From Rebecca billardiae RCC1528 (lineage: Eukaryota > Protista > Haptophyta), in NCBI GenBank assembly GCA_965240325.2, contig OZ251225.1, positions 1,426,001 to 1,490,000 of the forward strand: 64,000 bases of DNA, read 5' to 3'. The notes beneath the pieces are model-generated. The model was not told where the DNA came from. It searched no databases and was given only the letters and a program-made list of their open reading frames with translations. Position 1 is the stretch's first letter. Each line of letters starts with the position of its first letter. The position numbers and the translations under genes were made by a program. Positions 20,256 to 33,381 of this stretch are shown here, piece after piece.

Positions 20256-23200
20256 ATGGCGATCGCCACCTACAAGCCGGAGGACGTGAGGGACCTCGCC
20301 GTGGCGCTGTGCAAGCTGCCAAAGGCCGAGGCGGCGGCGGCGCTTCGCCAGCATGCAAGCCCCATCCCCCGCGACTTCACGGCCCTTCTCTGGTCGCTCC
20401 TGCCCACGAGGTGTGCGCGCGGCGCGCCGCGCCCCCCGCCCCCCCTGCACCACTTCTCGGCCGCCCGCCGCTCGCGCGCGCGGGACCTCGCGTCTGCGCG
20501 AGCCGCTGAGCACGGCGCCCTCTGCACCGCGCTCCGTGCCGCCCGCCCCTCGCCCGCACCGCGCCGCGCAGCGGCGCGATCGAGTGGAGCACGTTCCTGC
20601 TGTGCGGCTCGACGACGCCGCGGCCGCCCGACGGCGAGATGGAGGAGACGCGGGGCGTGTGCGGCATGGTGTGGCGGACGGGCGACACGGTGTACCACTG
20701 CCGCACGTGTGGGATGGACCCGAGCTGCGCCATCTGCCACGAGTGCTTCCTGAACTCGGACCACGAGGGCCACGACTACTGGATGTTCTCCTCGGGCGGC
20801 GGCTGCTGCGATTGCGGCGACGCGGAGGCGTGGCGGCCCGAGGGGTTCTGCCGCAACCACTGCGGCGCGCACGGGCCGGCGTCCGACGAGCAGATCCTGG
20901 GCGGCATCGAGCCCTTCGTCCTGCAGGTGATGGAGGGCGTGCTCGGCGGCTGGATGCGGCTGATGCTCGACGACGGCTGCGCTGCGCCGGACAAGACGCG
21001 CGCGGTGCAGTGGCTCACGCAGCTCGGCGCGTGCAGCCTGTCGTGGCGCCGGCTGGCGGGCACAGCGCTGACCGCGGCCGCGGGCGAGCGCGGCGCGCCC
21101 GCCGAGCTCGCCGCCGGCGCGTCGGCGCTCGCCGTCGCCGAGGGCGCGCCGCACCCCGCGCGCGCGTCCCTGCTCGGCCACTTTCTCGCCGTCGAGGTGC
21201 GGATGGCGCGCGCGGTGCGCGAGGAGCTGCACCGGCTGTACTTCGAGCTGATGCGCGACGCGCGGTTCAAGCGGCAGCTGCTCTGCCGCATCATCGAGCA
21301 GTACCCCGCCTTCGTGCACCAGGCGCTCGACATGCACCTCAGCGGCGACCACATGACGGCCGACTCGGCGGCCACCACGTTTGGCAAGTTCACTGTGCAG
21401 TTCAAAGGCAACATGGTGGTGACGATGGTGGAGAAGGGGCTGCTGCCGATGCTGCTCGAGACGCTGCAGGCCGTGCTCACGCGCGCGCAGCGCGCCGACT
21501 CGCGCGACGCCGCGCTCGAGGCCGCCGTCGCCGCGCTCGTCGCCGAGACGGCGGATGGCGAGTTTGCCGGCGGCGGCTTTGACGGCGGCGCCGCCGGCGC
21601 CGACGGCGCCGGCGGCGCGGCCGGCGCCGAGCCGGGCGGGCTGCGCGCGCCGTCGGCGGCGGAGCACGCCGCGGCGGCGGCGGAGCTCGTCGTCAGCGCC
21701 GACGGCGGCGTCGTGCCGCCGCCGACGCCGCCGCCGCCGCCGCCGCCCGTCGTCGACGCTCGGTCCGCGGTCGTGCGCTCACACCTGTACGCGCAGCTGT
21801 GCTACGACATCCGGTACGCGCTCAACCACCCGCCGATCTCGCGCTCGCTGGCGGAGAGCGAGGCGCTGCTCTCGACGCTGCTGCGCTCGCTGAGCATGCT
21901 CGAGGCGATGCACCCGATGGTGCGCGCGACCGGCGCGCACGTCGAGCTCGAGGACTCGGCGTGGGGCGACGCGTTCTCTCTCGCTACTGAGGTGACTCAC
22001 CTTGTGCCGTATGTGCTGGCCGGCATCGGCGCCGAGCTGCCGCCGGGCGAGCACGGGCGCGCGCTCGGCGCGCAGCGGCACGCGCGGATGGCGGGGATGG
22101 CGGCGGGCGCGCTGGCGGAGTGGCTGCGCGCGGTGGGCGCGCTGCCGGACGCCGCCGCGGCGCTCTCGGCCGGCGCGCGGCTCGCGCCCTCGCGCGCGCG
22201 GCCGGGCGTCAGCTACCACCTGCCGATGCACCGGCTGCTGGCGGCGATCGCCGGGCACGGCGCGAGCTCGCTCGATCTCGAGCTGCGCGAGCTGGTGCCC
22301 CTCCCCGCGTCGGTGCCGCGCCACGCCTTCTTCGCCGCCGTCCTCCACTTCCCGCTCACGCTGCAGCACGTGTCCGCGCAGAAGCGCGCGCTCATGTGGG
22401 TAAGAAACGGGTACGCCGCGCTCAAGCAGTCGGCGCTCTACCGCTCCGCGCTCTTCTCGGACGCGTGCCTCGCGCCCGACGTGGGCTGCCTGCAGCTGTG
22501 CGCGCTCGAGCTCGGCTTCTCGCGCTTCCTCGGCGCGGCCCTCGCGCAGTGGGACCTGCCGCCCGCGCTGCGGCTCGGACCGGGTGCGCCGCGCGCCGAG
22601 CCGGCCGCCGCCGTGCTGCTCGAAGACCTGCTGGGCACGCTCGTGTCGGTGCTGCGCGAGCGCTCGCTGACGGGCGACGACGCCGAGCGCGCCATCGAGC
22701 GGCTGCTCGCGCACCGCCTCGCCTCGTGCGTCGCGGCGACGCACTCCGAGCTCGTCAACGCCGTGCCGCGCCGCGCCGTCGAGCACGAGGCGTTCGACGC
22801 GGTGCTCGCGCGGCTCGCCGAGTATAGCCCTCCGCGCGGGCTGCAGCAGGGGACGTTTTCGGCGCGCGCGGCGGCGTGGGAGCTCTTCGACCCGTTCTAC
22901 CCGCACTACTCGCGCCCCGAGCTGCACCGCGCGCTCGAGCGCTGGCAGCAGAGCGTGCGCGCGCCGGGCGACCCGAGCGCGCTGCCGCTGCCCGCGCCGC
23001 CGCCGCCCGCGGCGCGCGCCTTTGATGGGCTCAGGCTCGCGCCGCGCTGCGCGCTGCTGCATGCGCTCTTGCTGCGGACGCTGCACGGCGCGCTGCGCGG
23101 CTGCGCGCACGCGCCCGAGGGCGTGACCGCGGCGGCGCTGCGCCTGCTGCAGGAGTGCGTCTTCGCCGAGCAGCTCGCGCGCCACGCGCTGCCGCCGCGC

Positions 23201-26200
23201 ACAGGCTCGGCCACGTCCACGCCGATGGAAGTGGACGGCGTCGCGCCCGGCGCGGCCGCGGACGACGCGGCGGCGCCGGAGCCGCGGACGACGCGCGCGC
23301 GCGCGGCGCGCGGCGGCGCGGTGGCCGCCGCCGACGCCGCCGACGCCGCCGCCCCCGACGACGACGAGGCGGAGGAGCCGGCGGCGCTGGACCCGAGCGA
23401 GCGCGAGACGAGCGAGCGCGCCTTTGGGTTTGCACTCCCGTCGCAGCGCTCGCTCTGCGCAAACGCGCTCGCGCGCGTGCAGCTCGACGCGCCACCGGCC
23501 GGTCTCGCCGACGACGAGCCGCCCGCGCCGCCCGCCGCCGCGCGTGCCGCGCCGCGCCCGGCGCATGGCGCGGCGGCCGCGCCCTTCGGCGCAGCCGAGT
23601 TCCACGCGTGGCGCGCAAACGCGCTGGGCGGCGGCGCGCCCGAGGCCGTGGCGCGCCTCGGCGGCGGCGCCGCCGCCGCCGAGCGCGCCTCGGCCTCCTC
23701 CCTCGGCCCGCGCCACGCTGCGCCGCCGTCGCCGCCCGCGCCGCCCATGTCCTTGCTCGACGTGCTGTGCCACCTCGGCACGGACGAGTCCTTCGGCCCG
23801 CACAGCAACGCGCTGCGCCAGCTGGTGCTCAGTCTAGCGCAGCTCGACTCGGCCGTGTATGCGGCGGCGCGCGCGCGCTGGCCCGCCGCGCTGGGCCTGC
23901 CCGCAGGCGCGGGCGCGTGCACCGACGCCGACGCGGGCGCGGGTGGCGCGGCGGGCGCGGCGCGCAGCGCCTCGCCGCCGCGCGCGCCGCGCGGCCCCGG
24001 CTCAGCGGCCGGCTCGCCCGCCAGCCCCGAGCGCGCGCTCCGCAAGCAGCGCGCGCACGAGCGCAAGGCGGCGATCCTCGCGCAGTTTGCCCAGCGGCAG
24101 GCGCAGTTCACGCATGCGGCGGGCGGCCCCGACGGCGTGCCCCCGCCGCCGCCGCTCGCCACCACCGCCTCCGGCATGGCCTGCGACCACCTCGCGCCCT
24201 CCGAGCCGACGACCCCCGTGCGCGCGGACGCGGGCCGCGCGCACAGCGCGGCGGGCGGCGCGGGCGGCGGCGCCGTCTGTGCGAGCGCGAGCTCGCCCGG
24301 CACTCCCGTCCGCGCCGAGCGCGGCGCGGGCGGCGCGGCCGACGCGCTCGACGAGCTGGGCGGGTGCGGCGCGAAGGGCGCGGCCGGCGCGGCGCTCGCC
24401 GACGAGCCCGCCGAGCCCGCGGTGTGCGTGCTGTGCCGGGAGGAATGGCACCCGCCCGCCGCACCCGAGCCGGGCGTCGCGTGCGAGCGGAGCGGCGGCC
24501 ATGCGCATTCGGCCGAGCTCTTCGGGCTGCTGGCGTATGCGCAGTGCGCGCAGCCCGTCGGGCGCGAGGCGAGCCTGCCCGCGGTGCACGCCGCGCTCGG
24601 CGCGGCGCGCGGCGGCGCGCCGCGCGCCGCCGCCGCGCGCGACGGCGGCGGCGCGCCGCACGCCGAGCAGCAGCGCGCGGGCGCGCCCTCCGACCGCGCG
24701 GACGAGCACGCGCCCGGCCACGCGCCCGCGGCCAACCCGCCCGCGCGCTCGCGCTCGCACGGCTCGCAGCCCGGCGCGGACGGCGGCGGCGCGGACGGCG
24801 GCGCCGGTGCGCGGGCGGGCGGCGCGGGCGGCGCGGAGCACGGCTCCGACAGCGCCGAGCCGCACGCCGACGCCGAGTCTGAGGTGTTTGTGCGCATGGA
24901 GGACCTCACAGGACCACACGCGGACGAAGTGATGGCTCACGTCTTCGTGGTGATGCAGGCGCAGCACGAGGCGGACAGGCAGGCGGGGCGCGGCGCGCCC
25001 GGCCGCGCGGCGCTGGGCGGCGGGGGTGCCGACGCCGGCGGCGCCATGCTCGACGCGGATGCGGCCGACACGGATCTAGACGACGACGACGACGACGTCG
25101 TCGAGGACGACGACGACGGCGAGGGGCTGCACGGGGGCGGAGGCGGGGGCGTTCACGCGGCGCACGGGGACGCGCCCGCGCACGGACGCGCCGGCGGCGG
25201 CGGCGGCGACGGCGGCGCGCGCACGGACGCGCCCGCCGCGCTCGGCGCGCGCAGCGCCGGCGTCGCCGCCGGGCGCGCGGGCGCCCCGGGCGCGCGCGAG
25301 CTCGGCTCCGGCACAGCGGTCGATGCTGGGCTCGGCGGCGGCACGCACGCGCGCTGGCTCACGCGCGGCATCGGCGGTCCGAGCGCGCTGCACGTTCGCT
25401 TCTGCGGCCACCAGGTGCACGGGCGGTGCCTCTCGCGCGCGCTCGTCTCGCTCCGCCCCGAGGGCGCCGCGCTCGACGAGGACGAGTTCACCTGCCCCCT
25501 CTGCCGCCGCGTGTGCAACGCTCTCGTCCCGGCACACGCCAGCTCGGAGCGCCCGCTGCCCGCCGCCATGGCGGCGCCGCCGCCCGACGAGCGCCGGCCG
25601 GCCGGCGGCGCCGGAGGCGCGGCGGGCGCGGCGGGCGGCGACGACGCGGCCGACGGCGCGCGCGCCGCGCACGCCCTCGGTGACGCCGCGGCGCAGGGCG
25701 CAGGGCGCGCGCGGCCGCCGTGGCTTGCCTCCGCCGCCGCGGCCGACTCGCCGCCGCCCGCGCCGCGACACGCCGCGCCGCCGCCGCCGCAGCCGTCGGG
25801 CCTGCGCTCGTGGCTGCAGCGACTCGCCAGCTCGGGCGGCGCGGCGCAGTCGGCGGCGGCCGGCGCGCGCGCCGAGCCCCACGGCGCGCGCGGCACCGCG
25901 ACGCTCGTCGCCACGCTGCGGGGCGTGCTGGCCCACCACCCCGCGTACACGCAACACGTGTTTGACCCAGCGGCGGCCGAGCCGCCGGCCGCGCCGCCGG
26001 CGCCGCCTCGCGGCGGGGACGGCGGCGGCGCGGACGCGCCCGCGGCGCACGCGCGCGCGCACGCGCCGGGCGCGCACTCCGCCGCGCGCGGCGCCGCGGC
26101 CGCCACCGAGGACGACGACGACGTCGAGATGTCCGCCGCCGATGACGCACCGGCAGCCGAGCTGCTCACCGCGCCCACGGCCGGCGGCGTCAACGGAGCG

Positions 26201-28299
26201 CCCGCCGGCGCGGCGCGCTCCGCGGCGCGCGCGCTCGCGCTCGCGGCCGGTGCGTGCGGGCAGCTCGAGGAGCTCGAGCCGACGCCGCTGCTGCTGCTCG
26301 CGGTGGCGACGACGGTGGCGGGCACGATGCACGGCGCGCGCGCCAAGGCCGCCGACGCGGCCGGCGGCAGCGCGGCCGGCGCCGCGCCCGAGCATCCTCT
26401 GCGCGTGCCGCGCGCGCAGGCGGATGGCCTGTGTCAGCTGTGGGAGGTGGCGCTGGCGGCGGCGGCGGCGGAGGGCGCGGACGGCGGCGGCGGCGCGCGG
26501 CGCGGCGGCGCGGACGGCGGCGGCTCCGCCCTGCGCGCCGCGCTCGACGACGCGCTCTCACCGCCCGCCGAGTGGGTAGCCGCCGGCACGGGAGGCCCCG
26601 CGCCCCTCGGCCCCGCGCCGCTGCCGCTGCTGGACCTGGAGGCCGTCGCAGCCTCCGTCTGTGCGCTCGCGCTGTGCGCGCCGCCCGGGCCTGCGCAGCC
26701 GGAGGAGCGCACGGCGGTCGGCGCGCACGCGCGCGCCGCGCGGCTGCGCGCCTCGCTGCGCGTGCTGCACGCGGCCGCGCTCGTGCAGGCGGTGCTCACC
26801 GTCGTGTGCGCAGGCGGCGAGGCGCTCGACCTGCGCGCCGCCTCCGTGCCGGCGTGGCTGCAGGAGCTGCTCGCCGAGTGCGCGGGCGGGCTTGGGCTGC
26901 TGCAGATGCGCGCGCGCGCGGACGCGTCGGCGGGCGCGGCGCCGGCGCGCGAGCTGGTCTCCGTCGTGCTCGGCGCGATCGCCGCGCGCGGCGGGGGCTG
27001 GGACAGCGCGCTCCGAGCGCTCACCGTGCGCTGGCTGCGCTGCATGTATGTGCTGCTGCACTCAGCCATGCCGGCCGAGGCGAGGCTGCTCGCGCGCGGC
27101 GGCGCGCTCGGCGCGCCGGGCGGCGCGCACGCCGCGCAGCCGCCGCAGCAGCCGCCGCAGCGAGCCGGCGGCGCGCCCGCCGAGCCCGAGGCAGACGTCC
27201 ACGCCGCGCTCGCGGGCATCGACGCTGAGTATGCGATGCTGAGCGCCGCGCTCGGCCTGCCGTCGCTCGACGGCGTCCGCAACGCTCTGGGCTCCCGCTG
27301 GGCGGTCGTGCCGCGCTGGCTGGCCGCGCTCACCGTGCGCGCCGCGAGACCTGGCGGCCGCGCGTCGGCGCGGCCGCCGCGCCGTGCGCGGGCGCGCGCG
27401 CGCGCGGCGTGTGCTTACGCGCCCCACGCCCGCCGCGCCGCGCGACCCGCGCGCTTGGCCCCTGCGCGCTGCGCACACGCGCCCTCCGCGCTCGTCGCAG
27501 GCGGTGCGCTTGCGCACGGAGGCGACGCACCGCGCAAGCTGGTGCAGCCGGGCCATCGGGCTGGCGCTGCCGCTCGCGCAGCCCTCGCCGTTCGTCCCGC
27601 TGCCCACGCACTACAGGTGCACCCACGCGCGGCGCGCGCCTCCGCGCGCGCCCTCTCGCCCGCGCGCTCCGCGCCGCGCCCAGCCGCCTCGCGCCCGCGC
27701 GCCGACGCGCCCGCGCGCCGCGCCGCGCCGCGCCGCGCGCGTGCCGCCGCGCAGCGAGCTGTACAACCGGCACATCCACGCCAAGTGCTCGCAGTGCCGC
27801 CGCGTGCCGATGCAGCCCGCCGTCTGCCTGCTCTGCGGCACGCTCGTGTGCGCTGGCGGCTCCTGCTGCCGAAGCGGCGGCGACGACGAGTGCACGAGGT
27901 GCGGCGCCGCGGAGCGACTGCTCGGCGCGCGCGCGCGCCCGCCGCGCGCCGTCGCCACCACCGGGCTCACCCGCGGCGCGCGCGCGCACGCGCGCCGCCC
28001 GCAGGCACGCGGCCGAGTGCGGCCGGGGCCTGTGCGCCTACATCGTGCTCAAGGCGAGCACGACGCTGCTGTGCGTCGGCCGGCGGCACGCGTGGTGGGG
28101 CTCCCTGTACCTGGACATGCATGGCGAGGAGGACCGCGGCCTCACGCGCGGACGCCCGCTGCTGCTCAACTCGCAGCGCGTGCGCGCGGTGCGCTCGCTG
28201 TGGGAGTCGCACGGCGTGCGCGAGTACCTGGCACAGCACCCGCCACCCTTCCCGCACTTGCTGCTCCTTCGGATGCGCGGTCGCCAGCCAGGGCCGTGA
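20256..28299 (+). CDS. UBR1: UBR1/PRT6-type N-recognin E3 ubiquitin ligase; introns 20411-20571, 27335-27500, 27617-27754, 27899-28004
   Basis: UBR box CGMVWRTGDTVYHCRTCGMDPSCAICHECF...HEGHDY...GGCCDCGDAEAW...FCRNH. WVRNG and THSEL winged-helix region. Split RING (CVLC...FCGHQVH..C...FTCPLCRRVCNALVP). C-terminal PAVCLLCG...SLYLDMHGEEDRGLTRGRPLLL. Confidence 0.95.
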
Positions 28300-28709
28300 C
28301 GAGATCTGATCATCCGCCGGGGCCCCGCGAGTATTATGCCTGCGCTAGTCAGCTCTGCTGGAGTAGGTCGATCTGTGATGATGATCGTCCCGTTATTATA
28401 TGCGTCAGCAGTAGTCGGTACATAGTAGTGGTAATGACTAATGTTCTGCGCAGTCGTCTGCTGCTCCGGTGACTCCGATCGAGTCATCTGACAGCACTAC
28501 TAGTATAGTCAGCAGTGCGGCCCGCCGCGCGCGGCGGGGCGGCGGCAAGATGTATGAAGATCAATAAGTTGTGCAGCTCCTGGTCGTCCGTCCCTGCCAG
28601 AGCAGAGGATGCGCCCTGCTACTCCTCGTCGGGGGCCCGCGCAGGCAGCGTGCGCAGCAAGCCGCATCACGAGACGCGGCCCGGTCAGTCGGCGGAAATC
28701 GGCCGGCTC

Positions 28710-30110
28710 TCATCCCATCGATGGCATCGCCGGCATGGCCGGCACTGCGGGCGGCGTGGGTGTCGATGCCTTGAGCTTCAGCAGCTTGGAGATACCTTCC
28801 AGCCCCTTTTCGATCTGCTCCATCGGCTCCTTCATCGACGGCGAGTCGTCGCCTGCGTGCGCGCGCGCAGCGGAGCACGCGACGGCGCGGGCGTGAGCCG
28901 GCGGGGCGCGCGTGCGCTGCGCGCGCGCTCGGCGCGCGCCGCTGCTCTCACCCTTCTCCTTGCTCTCCGCGACCATGTCGATCACCTTGTTGATCGGCTC
29001 GGCGTTGAAGATCTTGGAGAAGTTCTCGATCATGGCGATCAGCTCCGTCGCCTGGTCTGGGATCGGCAGGCACGCCGAGACCAGCACGTTGGGCTTGATG
29101 ATCGACCTCAACCGGTCGGGAGCGTCCGTGATGAAGCCGAGCAAACTCGTGACCATCTGCTTCACGGCCTCGACCTCCTTCGACGCGGTGATCTTCGACA
29201 GGCTCTCCACGAGGCCGTCGATTGTGCCGGCGGTGGACATCAGCCCCGCCCGCTCCGTGAGCGAGTCCACGCCCTCCGCCGCCGCCTTCGCGTCCCCCTC
29301 GCCCGTCAGCGCCTCCTTGGCGCTCTCCAGCAGCTCAGGCAGGTCGCCGAGCGCGCCGAGCGTCCCCTGGATCTTCTCAGAGATGCCGCCGAGCATGTCC
29401 ACCATGTCGTTGATCATGCCGGTGAGCGCCTCCATCGCGCCGAAGCCGGACATGACGTCGTGGATGGTCGCGGAGAGCTCGTCGACCGTGCTCTTGATCT
29501 TGGCCATCGGGAAGAAGCACGAGAACTTGGCGGCGCTGCCGAGCATCTGCTTCGGGTCGTCGACAAAGCGCTTGAGCGAGCCGACCACCGCGTCGAGCTG
29601 CGCCTTCACGGGGCCCAGGTCGATGGCGTCGCCCAGCTGCGTGGCGAGGTCGCCAAACTTGTCCTCCATCCCCTCGAGCGCGCCCTTCACCGTGTCCTTC
29701 ACCCCGTCGATCTGCTCGATCATCACGGACGGGTCGAACATCTTCTTCATCTTCTCGGCCGCCTCGCGCGCGGCGGCCTCGGCCTCCTCCTGGGCCTTGC
29801 GCGCGGCCGCCTCGGCCTCCTCCTTGGCCTTCTGGGCCGCTGCCTCGGCCTCCGCCTTCGCCCGCTCCGCCGCCTCCTCAGCATCCTTCTTGGCCCGCTC
29901 CGCCTTGGACGTGGCGTCCTTCTTCGCCCTACTCGCCTTTGAGTCAGCGTCTGCCTTGGCCCTCCGCGCGGCCTCGTCCGCGTCGGCCTGCGCACCCTCC
30001 GCGGCGCCAGCTGCACCAGCCTGCGCTCTGTCCGTGAGATCCCCCGCCCCCGCGCGTGGTGTGCTGTTCTTCCTGAAGCTCGGCGCCTTGGGAAGCTTGA
30101 AGCTCGGCAT
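28710..30110 (-). CDS. Hypothetical alpha-helical protein with charged A/E/K repeats (LEA/apolipoprotein-like composition); probable intron 28853-28951
   Basis: ORF from MPSFKLPKAPSF. It has 11-mer-like repeats (KAEAEAAAQKAKEEAEAAARKA) and amphipathic helices, with strong codon bias. A GC-rich in-frame GT-AG segment looks intronic. Confidence 0.75.
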   Translation of the reverse strand: MPSFKLPKAPSFRKNSTPRAGAGDLTDRAQAGAAGAAEGAQADADEAARRAKADADSKASRAKKDATSKAERAKKDAEEAAERAKAEAEAAAQKAKEEAEAAARKAQEEAEAAAREAAEKMKKMFDPSVMIEQIDGVKDTVKGALEGMEDKFGDLATQLGDAIDLGPVKAQLDAVVGSLKRFVDDPKQMLGSAAKFSCFFPMAKIKSTVDELSATIHDVMSGFGAMEALTGMINDMVDMLGGISEKIQGTLGALGDLPELLESAKEALTGEGDAKAAAEGVDSLTERAGLMSTAGTIDGLVESLSKITASKEVEAVKQMVTSLLGFITDAPDRLRSIIKPNVLVSACLPIPDQATELIAMIENFSKIFNAEPINKVIDMVAESKEKGESSGARRARAQRTRAPPAHARAVACSAARAHAGDDSPSMKEPMEQIEKGLEGISKLLKLKASTPTPPAVPAMPAMPSMG

Positions 30111-31480
30111 GGCGGCGGGCGTCTCAAAGACACGGCGCGCCTCGGATGAGAATTGCAAAGCGAAAGTGAGCTGCTTGTGCCTTGCACCAAGGGCCGTACG
30201 GCCCTTGCTTGCACGGCATTCGTGATTGCGAGGAGATCCCAGGACGTCAAGGCCATTATTGGTCAAAGTTGAAGGTCGTGGCGGCTCGCCGCCAATACAC
30301 GAGCGACGACGAAATCCATACGACCCACGGCCCACGTGCGCGAATTTGTGCGACGTTCACAGCGACGAGGTCGCGGTCCCCGGCCGCTCCGACGCGCTCT
30401 TGACTTCCGCGTGGGACGTGCGGAGGTCAAGAACCCATCCTACTCGTCGACGGTGCCGACCTCGCCGCCCTGAACGTCGCACAAATTTGAGATTGGCACC
30501 TCGCTCGTGCAGGCCGCGACACGCATGCCAGGTCCGCGCGGCGCTCTGTGGGCAAGCGAGCCAAGGGGCGCAGCGAGTCCGGTGCGGCTGTCGTACGGGT
30601 CGAGCGCGAGCGCCGAGTCGCAGCCGCGCGCGCGCCGCGCCGCTGGCGCCGGGTCGCCCGGGGGAGAAGGCGCAGCTGCAGTGCTCCTCTGCCATCACGC
30701 GATCCGCCGGCAGAAAGACCAGACTTTGCGCCCAGTTTTGCCCAAAACGATGGGTTTTTAACTCCGCGCGATCTGGGTAACCTGACAGTTATAGTGGCTC
30801 GGCCCTTTAGTAGGTAAAAAGGTGGTTCATCTCTTCATCAGGAAGCGCCTGCGAAGCACACAGAACATCAACGACGAGCGGCGGAAAAAATGGTGGTGCC
30901 AAGTGCAAACGCTGACCGATTGTGTCGACTGTGTCTGTGACTGTGAGTCACTGTCTGCTGGGTCTGCATTGTCAGCAGCGGACGCAGACGCGAACGTCAC
31001 AGTGTACTACGTAGCCTGTCCGCGTCGACTGACAGTCTCAGCCACATCATGGGCAATATCAGGTCAGCACCTGCATCCCAACTGACCGTTGCCGCAACAC
31101 CTTGCCGGTGCATGCATCGGCAGAGTCAGAGACCGCCGTCGACGGGCTGACGCCTGAAGACAGCGCCAGCGGGGCAGCGGCGGCCCCGGGGCGGCCGGGC
31201 GACACTGTCCGCGACACTCACTGACAGCGCCAGCGGCGTCTGTCGCCCCGCGGCGACGTTGCCGACTAGTGATGGCAAGTGCCACGTCTGACGTCTCTCG
31301 GTCTCTTGTACTCGTAGTAACCATATCGACCGAGGCGGCGAGCGGGCGAGGCCCGGCGACGGGCGAGGATGGCCAAGACGACTCATCAGGCAGTAAGACC
31401 GACCGCGCCGGCCGTGGGCTGCCCATCACTGCAGCGGATCGGCCTGATGTGCGCGCATCGCAGGGTGAGCGCCGCTGGGC

Positions 31481-33006
31481 TCAGATGATGCCCGCGTTCT
31501 TGAGGCTCATGTAGACCCCGAGCGCGCCGACGAACGCGCCGAGCGGCACCAGCGGCAGGTTGGCGCGCCGCGCCGCCTGCGCCTGCGCGGGCCGGTGCTT
31601 CTCGGCCACCTTCACCCAGATGAGCGCCGGGAAGACGTACACGATCATCGAGCCGAGCACAGCGCCGGAGATGCCGACGAGCAGGCCGATGTCCCGCGCG
31701 ATGCACGCGACCAGCGTCACGAGCGCGAGCATCACCACCACGAGCGGGTCGTGCCTCGACGCGAGCGCGCGCGCGGGCGCCGGCAGCAGCGGCCCGAGCG
31801 ACGCGCACGACTCCTTGAGCCCGACAAATGCGAGCGGGAACCCAAAGAGAACCGACAGCCCGGTGGCGATGCGGCCGACGACCGCGAGCGGGTCGGAGCC
31901 GTGGTACGAGTTGAGGATGTTCGACGCCGTCGAGCGGCCGAACGTGAAGAAGCCCGACGCCATCGTCACCGCGTACAGCGAGGTGATGATCAGGAACGAG
32001 CCTCGCACGACGCCCGAGAAGCGCGGCACCGAGCGCCCCTCGAGCTCGCGGTAGAAGACGGGCGCGTTGTAGTGCGCGATGAAGGCGAGGCCGAGGTTGT
32101 TCACGAGCACGAGGGCCTTCGGCCCGAGCGTGAACAGGTCGAGGTCGGTGAAGTTGGGCTGCTGCGACGCCGACAGCTTGCTCGCCCACGCGCCGCCCGT
32201 GGCGTACGTGCCGTCGGCCGCGCGGATCACCATGAAGATGACCGTGTACACGACGGCCGCAAAGCCGAGGAGCGAGGTGAAGGCGAGGCCGGAGAGGTCG
32301 CGGAGCAGCGAGAGCGGCAGGAGCACGAGCGCGGCGAGGCCCACGATGTTCATCGAGCGCGAGTTGTACGCGCTCGGCACGCCCATTAGCTCGAGGATGG
32401 AGGTGAGCACGTCGCCCATGATGCCTGGGCGCGTGTGCGCGCGCGCGCGCGCGACGAGCGTGCGGCGCGCGCAGGATGGCGTCACCTCAGCGATGCGCGC
32501 GAGAGGCTGGCAAGTGCGCGGGCACTCGGCGCACGCGCACCAGCGTAGATGATCGCGGCCGAGAGGCACATGAAGTAGATCGCCGCGTCCACAATCCACG
32601 ACGTCTCCTCGCCCAGGCTGCGCGACCAGATGCCCTTGAACGTCATCTCGCCCGTCAGCTCGGCCGCCTCGCCGATGCGCTCGAAGGTGTGCGCCGAGAC
32701 GAGGCCGAGGATGGCCGTGAGCACGAGAGCGGGCACAAGACCCGTCCCCGCCCCCATACCCGCGGGCAACGTCAGGATTCCCGCGCCTGCCACGTTGTTC
32801 ACGAGATTGAAGACGGAAGCTGAGCGCGAGGACGCTTTGCCACCGCCCCGCACGCGGCGCACGAGGGAAGGAGCGCGAAGCGCTTGCGGCGTCTCGCTCG
32901 GTGTGCTACGCCGCTGCAGCCCAGGAGGGCCCGTGCCGCGACCATCGACGGCGCATGCCAGCACGGCAAGCGCGCACACGGCAAGCCGGGCCGATGACGA
33001 CATCAT
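31481..33006 (-). CDS. Amino-acid transporter (Aa_trans/SLC38/AVT family) with an N-terminal signal + transit-like presequence; intron 32425-32540
   Basis: SVFNLVNNVAGAGILTLP, LLPLSLLRDLSGLAFTSLLG, AFIAHYNAP, GFFTFG, GAVLGSMIVYVFPALI; about 11 TM helices. Confidence 0.92.
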
Positions 33007-33381
33007 CGTCGTTTTCGGCGATTCGGCGTGGACGGCGCTGAATGTTTCGTTGTCTGCTGCATCTGGCGTTGGTGTGGCGTTCGGAGGCGTCAGCTGACGA
33101 GTCGCGATTTGTCCTGAGCGTTCGTCGCAGTTTGGCCCTGCGCCTACGAAATGCACCGACGACGGTCTCGAGGAGCGAGCGTGAGGCCGTGCATGCATAC
33201 GAGCAGCAAGGTCAGCAGAAGCGCATCACATAGGTCCACCCGAGAGCAGAGCACATTCATCTCCAATGCTGCGACGGCGTGTCGCGTTACGAGCCCAGGG
33301 CCGGCGCGGCGCGCGCGGGCCGGCAGCGTCTGCCGCTCATAGTCATGCCCGCGAGTCGCCGTCAGAGCGGGGCGCAGCGGC

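Noticed and set aside
20639-28309. 2556-aa single ORF as a giant novel protein
   Set aside because: It is UBR1 read through GC-rich introns. The split RING with a long insertion is normal for the UBR1 family.
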